Origin: Macrostomum lignano
Taxonomy: Eukaryota
NCBI GenBank assembly: GCA_002269645.1
Contig: NIVC01002942.1
Location: 65,388-129,387 of the forward strand
DNA length: 64,000 nucleotides
Reading direction: 5' to 3'
Positions 53,201-64,000 of the stretch are shown in pieces. The notes under the pieces were generated by a model. The model ran no database searches, was not told where the DNA came from, and saw only the letters and a list, made by a program, of their open reading frames with translations. Made by a program: the position numbers and the translations under genes. Position 1 is the first letter of the stretch; every line of letters begins with the position of its first letter.

Positions 53201-54314
53201 GAAATAAATATAGAGCATTTGTTGGACTAGCACCGTGGATTGTCGGACTAAAGCTCCGTGGATTGTCGGACTAAAGCTCCGTGGATTGTCGGACTAAAGC
53301 TCCGTGGATTGTCGGACTAAAGCTCCGTGGATTGTCGGACTAAAGCTCCGTGGATTGTCGGACTAAAGCTCCGTGGATTGTCGGACTAAAGCTCCGTGAA
53401 TTGTCGGACTAAAGAACCGTGGATTGTCGGACTAAAGCTCCGTGGATTGTCGGACTAAAGCTCCGTGAATTGTCGGACTAAAGCTCCGTGGATTGTCGGA
53501 CTAAAGCTCCGTGAATTGTCGGACTAAAGCTCCGTGGATTGTCGGACTAAAGCTCCGTGGATTGTCGGACTAAAGCTCCGTGGATTGTCGGACTAAAGCT
53601 CCGTGGATTGTCGGACTAAAGAACCGTGGATTGTCGGACTAAAGCTCCGTGGATTGTCGGACTAAAGCTCCGTGGATTGTCGGACTAAAGCTCCGTGGAT
53701 TGTCGGACTAAAGCTCCGTGAATTGTCGGACTAAAGCTCCGTGGATTGTCGGACTAAAGAACCGTGGATTGTCGGACTTAAGAACCGTGAATTGTCGGAC
53801 TAAAGCTCCGTGGATTGTCGGACTAAAGCTCCGTGGATTGTCGGACTAAAGAACCGTGGATTGTCGGACTAAAGAACCGTGAATTGTCGGACTAAAGCTC
53901 CGTGGATTGTCGGACTAAAGCACCGTGGATTGTCGGACTAAAGCACCGTGGATTGTCGGACTAAAGCTCCGTGGATTGTCGGACTAAAGAACCGTGGATT
54001 GTCGGACTAAAGAACCGTGAATTGTCGGACTAAAGAACCGTGGATTGTCGGACTAAAGCTCCGTGAATTGTCGGACTAAAGAACCGTGGATTGTCGGACT
54101 AAAGCTCCGTGAATTGTCGGACTAAAGAACCGCAGATTTCCAGTATCACAGAGCAGCTGCTCACCTGAATATTGGGCAGCCTAGACTTGCAGGTGAAGCA
54201 GATCTCGGTAGGGTCCACATTATCGATATCCTTGGGCTGCTCGCAGCCGCAGCCGCCGCCGCAGGCGCCCAACTCGTGCAGCTGTTGTTGCTGAAGCGGT
54301 TTGCCAGACGACAT
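50256..54314 (-). CDS. TESK: TESK/Cdi-family (LIMK-related) dual-specificity kinase, 517 aa. Exons 54314-54165, 53137-52625, 51146-50256
   Basis: Both introns are phase 0. Motifs KGFFSNVY, MALKMN, REHEIM..LSHPNVLRY.AVCIHGGRLH.L.DY..GGSLEQLL, LSW.VR..LALD.A, FHRDIASKNIL, AVVADFGLA.K.P, VGSPFWMAPE..RG, KADVFSYGIVLCEL..R.PADPD.LPR..DFG.D and DCP...L.LA..C closely follow TESK1/2. No LIM or PDZ domain seen. Confidence 0.92.
51165..51505. repeat. 30-bp minisatellite CTGGTCACTCAATACTG(T/C)GTAATCACTCGT, ~11 copies, kinase intron 2
   Basis: Visible. Confidence 0.94.
51575..52612. repeat. 27-29 bp minisatellite GACAATGAG(AC)CCATCTGGAACTCCAATC, ~36 copies, kinase intron 2
   Basis: Visible; runs up to the GTATGT donor at 52624. 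Confidence 0.94.
53232..54132. repeat. 23-bp minisatellite GTG(G/A)ATTGTCGGACTAAAG(CT/AA)CC, ~39 copies, kinase intron 1
   Basis: Visible. Confidence 0.96.
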
Positions 54315-55081
54315 GGCCTGGATAGTCGGCCAGCTGGAGAATCCGATGGCTGCTACTGCAACACACAGATGCGGGTTGAGTCAGTATGGCAGAGCAGAGA
54401 GCACAATAAGGGGGCCGGCTTGGCCAGTGTGCGTGTTTTTCTATGCTGGCGCCACTCACTGCGCTGTTGTGCCGCCCACACACGTGACTATGGGCTACAC
54501 TTACAGGCAGCGAATGCCCCCCTGCCCCTATGTTATCAGTGATGACCCAAAACAAAGAAATGACGCACATCGTAGGGGATACCCGACAGGCCACATCACA
54601 GATATGACACTCCAAAAAAATATATCCGACCAGAATATTTCGAAATATGACACATAAAAGTTTCGCAAAAAACTATAAATTTTGCATTACATGCTACTAA
54701 TAGTAGAAATGCGAAAATAATTCGATCGCAGCTCCAAAGGGTTTCAAATAAATCGCATTAGACACAAGTCCAGCTATTTTAGTTATATATATTATTTACT
54801 TGCAAATTTTATAATTATATTTTATGTGCATACGAATTTTAGTTATAATTAATAAGTTTTCAAATATTATATTATCTTTACATGTTTCACATGTTAGAAA
54901 ATAGTTATATTAGCATGTTGAAATAGTGCATTGGTAGGCAGTCACCGAATGGGCAAATGTACTCCTGCCGGCATGCGACTTGGGCCGCTCAGCTGGGCCG
55001 GGCGGCTGCTGGGCTGCGGTGGGCGGCTGCTCAGCTGATCCGGGCTGTGACGCATCGGTCTGAGTAGAGAAATTGCAGTTA

Positions 55082-56775
55082 TTGGTAGAGACAGGGCAGA
55101 ATGGTAGAGACAGGGCAGAATGGTAGAGACAGGGCAGTATGGTAGAGACAGGGCAGAATGGTAGAGACAGGGCAGAATGGTAGAGACAGGGCAGAATGGT
55201 AGAGACAGGGCAGTTATTGGTAGAGACAGGGCAGAATGGTAGAGACAGGGCAGAATGGTAGAGACAGGGCAGAATGGTAGAGACAGGGCAGAATGGTAGA
55301 GACAGGGCAGTTATTGGTAGAGACAGGGCAGAATGGTAGAGACAGGGCAGTTATTGGTAGAGAAAGGGCAGAATGGTAGAGACAGGGCAGAATGGTAGAG
55401 ACAGGGCAGAATGGTAGAGACAGGGCAGTTATTGGTAGAGACAGGGCAGAATGGTAGAGACAGGGCAGAATGGTAGAGACAGGGCAGAATGGTAGAGACA
55501 GGGCAGAATGGTAGAGACAGGGCAGTTATTGGTAGAGACAGGGCAGAATGGTAGAGACAGGGCAGTTATTGGTAGAGAAAGGGCAGAATGGTAGAGACAG
55601 GGCAGAATGGTAGAGACAGGGCAGTATGGTAGAGACAGGGCAGTATGGTAGAGACAGGGCAGAATGGTAGAGACAGGGCAGAATGGTAGAGACAGGGCAG
55701 AATGGTAGAGACAGGGCAGTATGGTAGAAACAGGGCAGTATGGTAGAGACAGGGCAGAATGGTAGAGACAGGGCAGAATGGTAGAGACAGGGCAGAATGG
55801 TAGAGACAGGGCAGAATGGTAGAGACAGGGCAGAATGGTAGAGACAGGGTAGAATGGTAGAGACAGGGCAGAATGGTAGAGACAGGGTAGAATGGTAGAG
55901 ACAGGGCAGAATGGTAGAGACAGGGCAGTTATTGGTAGAGAAAGGGCAGAATGGTAGAGACAGGGCAGAATGGTAGAGACAGGGCAGTATGGTAGAGACA
56001 GGGCAGTATGGTAGAGACAGGGCAGAATGGTAGAGACAGGGCAGAATGGTAGAGACAGGGCAGAATGGTAGAGACAGGGCAGAATGGTAGAGACAGGGCA
56101 GAATGGTAGAGACAGGGCAGAATGGTAGAGACAGGGTAGAATGGTAGAGACAGGGCAGAATGGTAGAGACAGGGTAGAATGGTAGAGACAGGGCAGAATG
56201 GTAGAGACAGGGTAGAATGGTAGAGACATGGTAGAATGGTAGAGACAGGGTAGAATGGTAGAGACAGGGCAGTATGGTAGAAACAGGGCAGTATGGTAGA
56301 CACAGGGCAGAATGGTAGAGACAGGGCAGAATGGTAGAGACAGGGCAGAATGGTAGAGACAGGGCAGAATGGTAGAGACAGGGCAGAATGGTAGAGACAG
56401 GGCAGAATGGTAGAGACAGGGCAGTATGGTAGAAACAGGGCAGTATGGTAGAGACAGGGCAGAATGGTAGAGACAGGGCAGAATGGTAGAGACAGGGCAG
56501 AATGGTAGAGACAGGGCAGAATGGTAGAGACAGGGCAGAATGGTAGAGAAAGGGCAGAATGGTAGAGACAGGGCAGAATGGTAGAGACAGGGTAGAATGG
56601 TAGAGACAGGGCAGAATGGTAGAGACAGGGTAGAATGGTAGAGACAGGGCAGAATGGTAGAGACAGGGTAGAATGGTAGAGACAGGGTAGAATGGTAGAG
56701 ACAGGGTAGAATGGTAGAGACAGGGTAGAATGGTAGAGACAGGGTAGAATGGTAGAGACAGGGCAGTTATTGGTA
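55082..56775. repeat. 19-bp minisatellite GGTAGAGACAGGGCAGAAT (21-bp TTATT variants), ~88 copies
   Basis: Period 19 (55141 and 55160). Confidence 0.96.
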
Positions 56776-58071
56776 AAAATATTGCTCTTCACCTTCACTT
56801 ACCATTAACTGGAATCGATCAGACGCGGCGAGCTCTTTCTCAAACGACTTTTGCCGCTTAGCGACGTCATAGCATTTGCCTTTGCGGCTTATCAGCTGTT
56901 TTATGAACTCCAATTGTTTGGACATTTGGGTTAATTTATTGAAAAAATGAAATTAATTGACAAATAGAAATCTGGCTTTTTGAAAGGCCAACTGAAGTCC
57001 CATTTTATATGAAGCGGCAGTTTGACATCAACAAGTTCACTCTAATTTTCATTGGTTCGGAATGGGGTGGTCAAAATATTTCACGTTCATAGTACGTGTC
57101 AAATCCACTATGCTTTTAGACTCAAAGGGGTGGACTGCTTCATTTCAGTAGTGACTCATTTTGACACCAAATTACTTTGATTCAAAATGAAACATGCGCA
57201 TTAACCAGCATGAAACATACATTAGGTACAATATGCCCCACTCACATTCACAGCCTCATTCACAGCCTCATTCACTGCCTCATTCACAGCCTCACAGCCA
57301 GACTCACTGATCGACCCTAATCCAGTTTGGGTTTCGAATACTCAGTTATTTCTGCATTTTCAATTCATTGAGTAGCTCTGTGAGATCCGCTGCTGTCAAT
57401 ATACAGTGGGCAGTGGATAAAAAATAAATGACACACAATGAATTGGATAGGAATTAAATGAATGATGCAAAATAGAAATTCGAGAAATAGATTAAATATG
57501 CAAGAAAAAGACGTATATGCTCAAAAATTAGGATGAAGTCAGTCATCAACAAATCAAAGAGTAGATAAAATTTCTCTTTGGTGACTAAATAAAGTTTACA
57601 ATTTTACATATTTGGAACTGCTTGACACTATTCTTTACGATAATGGCGCAATCATAAGTTTGGTGCAACAAATTTGCTTAGATAGGTGTCTTCCACCATG
57701 AACCACCCATCACTGTCACCGAGCATTGCGCAATCTTGAGCATACCCAGAGCACGTATTTGCTTTTAAGCAATCGTGAGAACTGCGATTCTTATCTTTAC
57801 TCAAAATCCAGCTACAGTGGAAAGATCGAGAAAAGCGCGAAACACACCTCCAAACAAACCGCTGTGCATAATACAAAACAATATATAGATAAAAAGTGGA
57901 ACGCTCACAGCAGGTGACCAAACCAAAAGTAAAAGCAAAGCCCAATTGTATTTTGATAAAAAGCCATTACTAAAGAAGCTGGCGAAATATTTCTGAGCTA
58001 ACCTGTCAATATCAAGTATAAGTTAAAATGTACGAGCGCAGTAAATTCAAACATGGATTTAAACTATAGCG

Positions 58072-61000
58072 GCGCTGTCAATATATAGAATTAAATGGAG
58101 AGCTTAGAAATGACACTCAATGGGGCTGATATACACAGGTGCAAAGATGACGCAGAGCCCGCTACTCTCAGCATCTCTAACTAGCCCTGTCGCTGTCAAT
58201 ATATAGAATTAAATGGAGAGCTTAGAAATGACACTCAATGGGGCTGATATACACAGGTGCAAAGATGACGCAGAGCCCGCTACTCTCAGCATCTCTAACT
58301 AGCCCTGTCGCTGTCAATATATAGAATTAAATGGAGAGCTTAGAAATGACACTCAATGGGGCTGATATACACAGGTGCAAAGATGACGCAGAGCCCGCTA
58401 CTCTCAGCATCTCTAACTAGCCCTGTCGCTGTCAATATATAGAATTAAATGGAGAGCTTAGAAATGACACTCAATGGGGCTGATATACACAGGTGCAAAG
58501 ATGACGCAGAGCCCGCTACTCTCAGCATCTCTAACTAGCCCTGTCGCTGTCAATATATAGAATTAAATGGAGAGCTTAGAAATGACACTCAATGGGGCTG
58601 ATATACACAGGTGCAAAGATGACGCAGAGCCCGCTACTCTCAGCATCTCTAACTAGCCCTGTCGCTGTCAATATATAGAATTAAATGGAGAGCTTAGAAA
58701 TGACACTCAATGGGGCTGATATACACAGGTGCAAAGATGACGCAGAGCCCGCTACTCTCAGCATCTCTAACTAGCCCTGTCGCTGTCAATATATAGAATT
58801 AAATGGAGAGCTTAGAAATGACACTCAATGGGGCTGATATACACAGGTGCAAAGATGACGCAGAGCCCGCTACTCTCAGCATCTCTAACTAGCCCTGTCG
58901 CTGTCAATATATAGAATTAAATGGAGAGCTTAGAAATGACACTCAATGGGGCTGATATACACAGGTGCAAAGATGACGCAGAGCCCGCTACTCTCAGCAT
59001 CTCTAACTAGCCCTGTCGCTGTCAATATATAGAATTAAATGGAGAGCTTAGAAATGACACTCAATGGGGCTGATATACACAGGTGCAAAGATGACGCAGA
59101 GCCCGCTACTCTCAGCATCTCTAACTAGCCCTGTCGCTGTCAATATATAGAATTAAATGGAGAGCTTAGAAATGACACTCAATGGGGCTGATATACACAG
59201 GTGCAAAGATGACGCAGAGCCCGCTACTCTCAGCATCTCTAACTAGCCCTGTCGCTGTCAATATATAGAATTAAATGGAGAGCTTAGAAATGACACTCAA
59301 TGGGGCTGATATACACAGGTGCAAAGATGACGCAGAGCCCGCTACTCTCAGCATCTCTAACTAGCCCTGTCGCTGTCAATATATAGAATTAAATGGAGAG
59401 CTTAGAAATGACACTCAATGGGGCTGATATACACAGGTGCAAAGATGACGCAGAGCCCGCTACTCTCAGCATCTCTAACTAGCCCTGTCGCTGTCAATAT
59501 ATAGAATTAAATGGAGAGCTTAGAAATGACACTCAATGGGGCTGATATACACAGGTGCAAAGATGACGCAGAGCCCGCTACTCTCAGCATCTCTAACTAG
59601 CCCTGTCGCTGTCAATATATAGAATTAAATGGAGAGCTTAGAAATGACACTCAATGGGGCTGATATACACAGGTGCAAAGATGACGCAGAGCCCGCTACT
59701 CTCAGCATCTCTAACTAGCCCTGTCGCTGTCAATATATAGAATTAAATGGAGAGCTTAGAAATGACACTCAATGGGGCTGATATACACAGGTGCAAAGAT
59801 GACGCAGAGCCCGCTACTCTCAGCATCTCTAACTAGCCCTGTCGCTGTCAATATATAGAATTAAATGGAGAGCTTAGAAATGACACTCAATGGGGCTGAT
59901 ATACACAGGTGCAAAGATGACGCAGAGCCCGCTACTCTCAGCATCTCTAACTAGCCCTGTCGCTGTCAATATATAGAATTAAATGGAGAGCTTAGAAATG
60001 ACACTCAATGGGGCTGATATACACAGGTGCAAAGATGACGCAGAGCCCGCTACTCTCAGCATCTCTAACTAGCCCTGTCGCTGTCAATATATAGAATTAA
60101 ATGGAGAGCTTAGAAATGACACTCAATGGGGCTGATATACACAGGTGCAAAGATGACGCAGAGCCCGCTACTCTCAGCATCTCTAACTAGCCCTGTCGCT
60201 GTCAATATATAGAATTAAATGGAGAGCTTAGAAATGACACTCAATGGGGCTGATATACACAGGTGCAAAGATGACGCAGAGCCCGCTCCTCTCAGCATCT
60301 CTAACTAGCCCTGTCGCTGTCAATATATAGAATTAAATGGAGAGCTTAGAAATGACACTCAATGGGGCTGATATACACAGGTGCAAAGATGACGCAGAGC
60401 CGCTACTCTAGCATCTCTAACTAGCCCTGTCGCTGTCAATATATAGAATTAAATGGAGAGCTTAGAAATGACACTCAATGGGCTGATATACACAGGTGCA
60501 AAGATGACGCAGAGCCCGCTACTCTCAGCATCTCTAACTAGCCCTGTCGCTGTCAATATATAGAATTAAATGGAGAGCTTAGAAATGACACTCAATGGGG
60601 CTGATATACACAGGTGCAAAGATGACGCAGAGCCCGCTACTCTCAGCATCTCTAACTAGCCCTGTCGCTGTCAATATATAGAATTAAATGGAGAGCTTAG
60701 AAATGACACTCAATGGGGCTGATATACACAGGTGCAAAGATGACGCAGAGCCCGCTACTCTCAGCATCTCTAACTAGCCCTGTCGCTGTCAATATATAGA
60801 ATTAAATGGAGAGCTTAGAAATGACACTCAATGGGGCTGATATACACAGGTGCAAAGATGACGCAGAGCCCGCTACTCTCAGCATCTCTAACTAGCCCTG
60901 TCGCTGTCAATATATAGAATTAAATGGAGAGCTTAGAAATGACACTCAATGGGGCTGATATACACAGGTGCAAAGATGACGCAGAGCCCGCTACTCTCAG

Positions 61001-64000
61001 CATCTCTAACTAGCCCTGTCGCTGTCAATATATAGAATTAAATGGAGAGCTTAGAAATGACACTCAATGGGGCTGATATACACAGGTGCAAAGATGACGC
61101 AGAGCCCGCTACTCTCAGCATCTCTAACTAGCCCTGTCGCTGTCAATATATAGAATTAAATGGAGAGCTTAGAAATGACACTCAATGGGGCTGATATACA
61201 CAGGTGCAAAGATGACGCAGAGCCCGCTACTCTCAGCATCTCTAACTAGCCCTGTCGCTGTCAATATATAGAATTAAATGGAGAGCTTAGAAATGACACT
61301 CAATGGGGCTGATATACACAGGTGCAAAGATGACGCAGAGCCCGCTACTCTCAGCATCTCTAACTAGCCCTGTCGCTGTCAATATATAGAATTAAATGGA
61401 GAGCTTAGAAATGACACTCAATGGGGCTGATATACACAGGTGCAAAGATGACGCAGAGCCCGCTACTCTCAGCATCTCTAACTAGCCCTGTCGCTGTCAA
61501 TATATAGAATTAAATGGAGAGCTTAGAAATGACACTCAATGGGGCTGATATACACAGGTGCAAAGATGACGCAGAGCCCGCTACTCTCAGCATCTCTAAC
61601 TAGCCCTGTCGCTGTCAATATATAGAATTAAATGGAGAGCTTAGAAATGACACTCAATGGGGCTGATATACACAGGTGCAAAGATGACGCAGAGCCCGCT
61701 ACTCTCAGCATCTCTAACTAGCCCTGTCGCTGTCAATATATAGAATTAAATGGAGAGCTTAGAAATGACACTCAATGGGGCTGATATACACAGGTGCAAA
61801 GATGACGCAGAGCCCGCTACTCTCAGCATCTCTAACTAGCCCTGTCGCTGTCAATATATAGAATTAAATGGAGAGCTTAGAAATGACACTCAATGGGCTG
61901 ATATACACAGGTGCAAAGATGACGCAGAGCCCGCTACTCTCAGCATCTCTACTAGCCCTGTCGCTGTCAATATATAGAATTAAATGGAGAGCTTAGAAAT
62001 GACACTCAATGGGGCTGATATACACAGGTGCAAAGATGACGCAGAGCCCGCTACTCTCAGCATCTCTAACTAGCCCTGTCGCTGTCAATATATAGAATTA
62101 AATGGAGAGCTTAGAAATGACACTCAATGGGGCTGATATACACAGGTGCAAAGATGACGCAGAGCCCGCTACTCTCAGCATCTCTAACTAGCCCTGTCGC
62201 TGTCAATATATAGAATTTAAATGGAGAGCTTAGAAATGACACTCAATGGGGCTGATATACACAGGTGCAAAGATGACGCAGAGCCCGCTACTCTCAGCAT
62301 CTCTAACTAGCCCTGTCGCTGTCAATATATAGAATTAAATGGAGAGCTTAGAAATGACACTCAATGGGGCTGATATACACAGGTGCAAAGATGACGCAGA
62401 GCTGCTACACTCAGCATCTCTAACTAGCCCTGTCGCTGTCAATATATAGAATTAAATGGAGAGCTTAGAAATGACACTCAATGGGGCTGATATACACAGG
62501 TGCAAAGATGACGCAGAGCCCGCTACTCTCAGCATCTCTAACTAGCCCTGTCGCTGTCAATATATAGAATTAAATGGAGAGCTTAGAAATGACACTCAAT
62601 GGGGCTGATATACACAGGTGCAAAGATGACGCAGAGCCCGCTACTCTCAGCATCTCTAACTAGCCCTGTCGCTGTCAATATATAGAATTAAATGGAGAGC
62701 TTAGAAATACACTCAATGGGCTGATATACACAGGTGCAAAGATGACGCAGAGCCCGCTACTCTCAGCATCTCTAACTAGCACTGTCGCTGTCAATATATA
62801 GAATTAAATGGAGAGCTTAGAAATGACACTCAATGGGGCTGATATACACAGGTGCAAAGATGACGCAGAGCCCGCTACTCTCAGCATCTCTAACTAGCCC
62901 TGTCGCTGTCAATATATAGAATTAAATGGAGAGCTTAGAAATGACACTCAATGGGCTGATATACACAGGTGCAAAGATGACGCAGAGCCGCTACTCTCAG
63001 CATCTTTTATAGCCCTGTCGCTGTCAATATATAGAATTAAATGGAGAGCTTAGAAATGACACTCAATGGGCTGATATGCACAGGTGCAAAGATGACGCAG
63101 AGCCCGCACTCTCAGCATCTCTAACTAGCCTGTCCTGTCGCTGTCAATATAGAATTAAATGGAGAGCTTAGAAATGACACTCAATGGGGCTGATATACAC
63201 AGGTGCAAAGATGACGCAGAGCCCGCTACTCTCAGCATCTCTAACTAGCCTGGTCGGCTGTCAATATATAGAATTAAATGGAGAGCTTGAAATGACACTC
63301 AATGGGGCTGATATACACAGGTGCAAAGATGACGCAGAGCCCGCTACTCTCAGCATCTCTAACTAGCCTGTCGCTGTCAATATATAAGATTAAATGGAGA
63401 GCTTAGAAATGACACTCAATGGGGCTGATATACACAGGTGCAAAATGACGCAGAGCCCGCTACTCTCAGCATCTCTAACTAGCACTGTCGCTGTCAATAT
63501 ATAGAATTAAATGGAGAGCTTAGAAATGACACTCAATGGGGCTGATATACACAGGTGCAAAGATGACGCAGAGCCCGCACTCTCAGCATCTCTAACTAGC
63601 CCTGTCGCTGTCAATATATAGAATTAAATGGAGAGCTTAGAAATGACACTCAATGGGGCTGATATACACAGGTGCAAAGATGACGCAGAGCCCGCTACTC
63701 TCAGCATCTCTAACTAGCCCTGTCGCTGTCAATATATAGAATTAAATGGAGAGCTTAGAAATGACACTCAATGGGGCTGATATACACAGGTGCAAAGATG
63801 ACGCAGAGCCCGCTACTCTCAGCATCTTTTACTAGCCCTGTCGCTGTCAATATATAGAATTAAATGGAGAGCTTAGAAATGACACTCAATGGGGCTGATA
63901 TGCACAGGTGCAAAGATGACGCAGAGCCGCTACTCTCAGCATCTCTAACTAGCCCTGTGCTGTCAATATATAGAATTAAATGGAGAGCTTAGAAATGACA
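58072..64000. repeat. 118-bp satellite, ~50 copies, truncated by window end
   Basis: Period 118 (58081, 58199, 58317). Copies are identical until ~60280; small indels become more frequent toward 64000. Confidence 0.98.

Noticed and set aside
54960-54974. Extra upstream TESK exon ATG CCG GCA GGA|GTACAT
   Set aside because: Phase-compatible but a weak donor and only four codons; unsupported without transcripts.
36489-64000. Possible CRISPR arrays (regular short repeats)
   Set aside because: No unique spacers, no cas genes, and a eukaryotic intron-containing context.
58072-64000. 118-bp unit as 5S rRNA, SL-RNA, U6 or hammerhead ribozyme
   Set aside because: Length resembles 5S but no 5S sequence or internal promoter is present. 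The patchy U6-like GTGCAAAGATGACGCA lacks the ACAGAGA box. No CTGANGA..GAAA core on either strand and no recognisable SL exon or Sm site. An Rfam scan would settle it.

Overview
Eukaryotic (metazoan) genomic DNA, not prokaryotic. GC3-rich exons with GT-AG introns are embedded in a very dense landscape of distinct mini- and microsatellites, roughly half of the window. This style fits a flatworm such as Macrostomum, but that is inference only. Six spliced genes were reconstructed by hand with phase-consistent junctions: a 5'-truncated anoctamin/TMEM16 (+, 9 exons, 845-6850); a 2-exon orphan class A GPCR (-, 8262-10407); a stonin/Stoned-B-like endocytic adaptor with an 18x14-aa acidic repeat (+, 14631-19407); PTPDC1 (+, 21402-24599); an uncharacterised ~1,465-aa low-complexity protein with an apparent frame break near 34940-35030 (-, 26341-36204); and a TESK/Cdi-type kinase (-, 50256-54314). 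Most large introns are filled by their own tandem repeat. Two large satellites dominate the right half: a 39-bp unit (~10.5 kb, ~270 copies) and a 118-bp unit (~50 copies, running off the window end). The most unusual observation is that each 39-bp monomer carries a box C (ATGATGA), a box D (CTGA) and a flanking GTCA/TGAC stem in the register of a minimal C/D kink-turn hairpin. This is unverified and could be coincidence. Most long ORFs in the supplied track are artefacts of tandem repeats. No CRISPR array, rRNA or intact tRNA gene was found.
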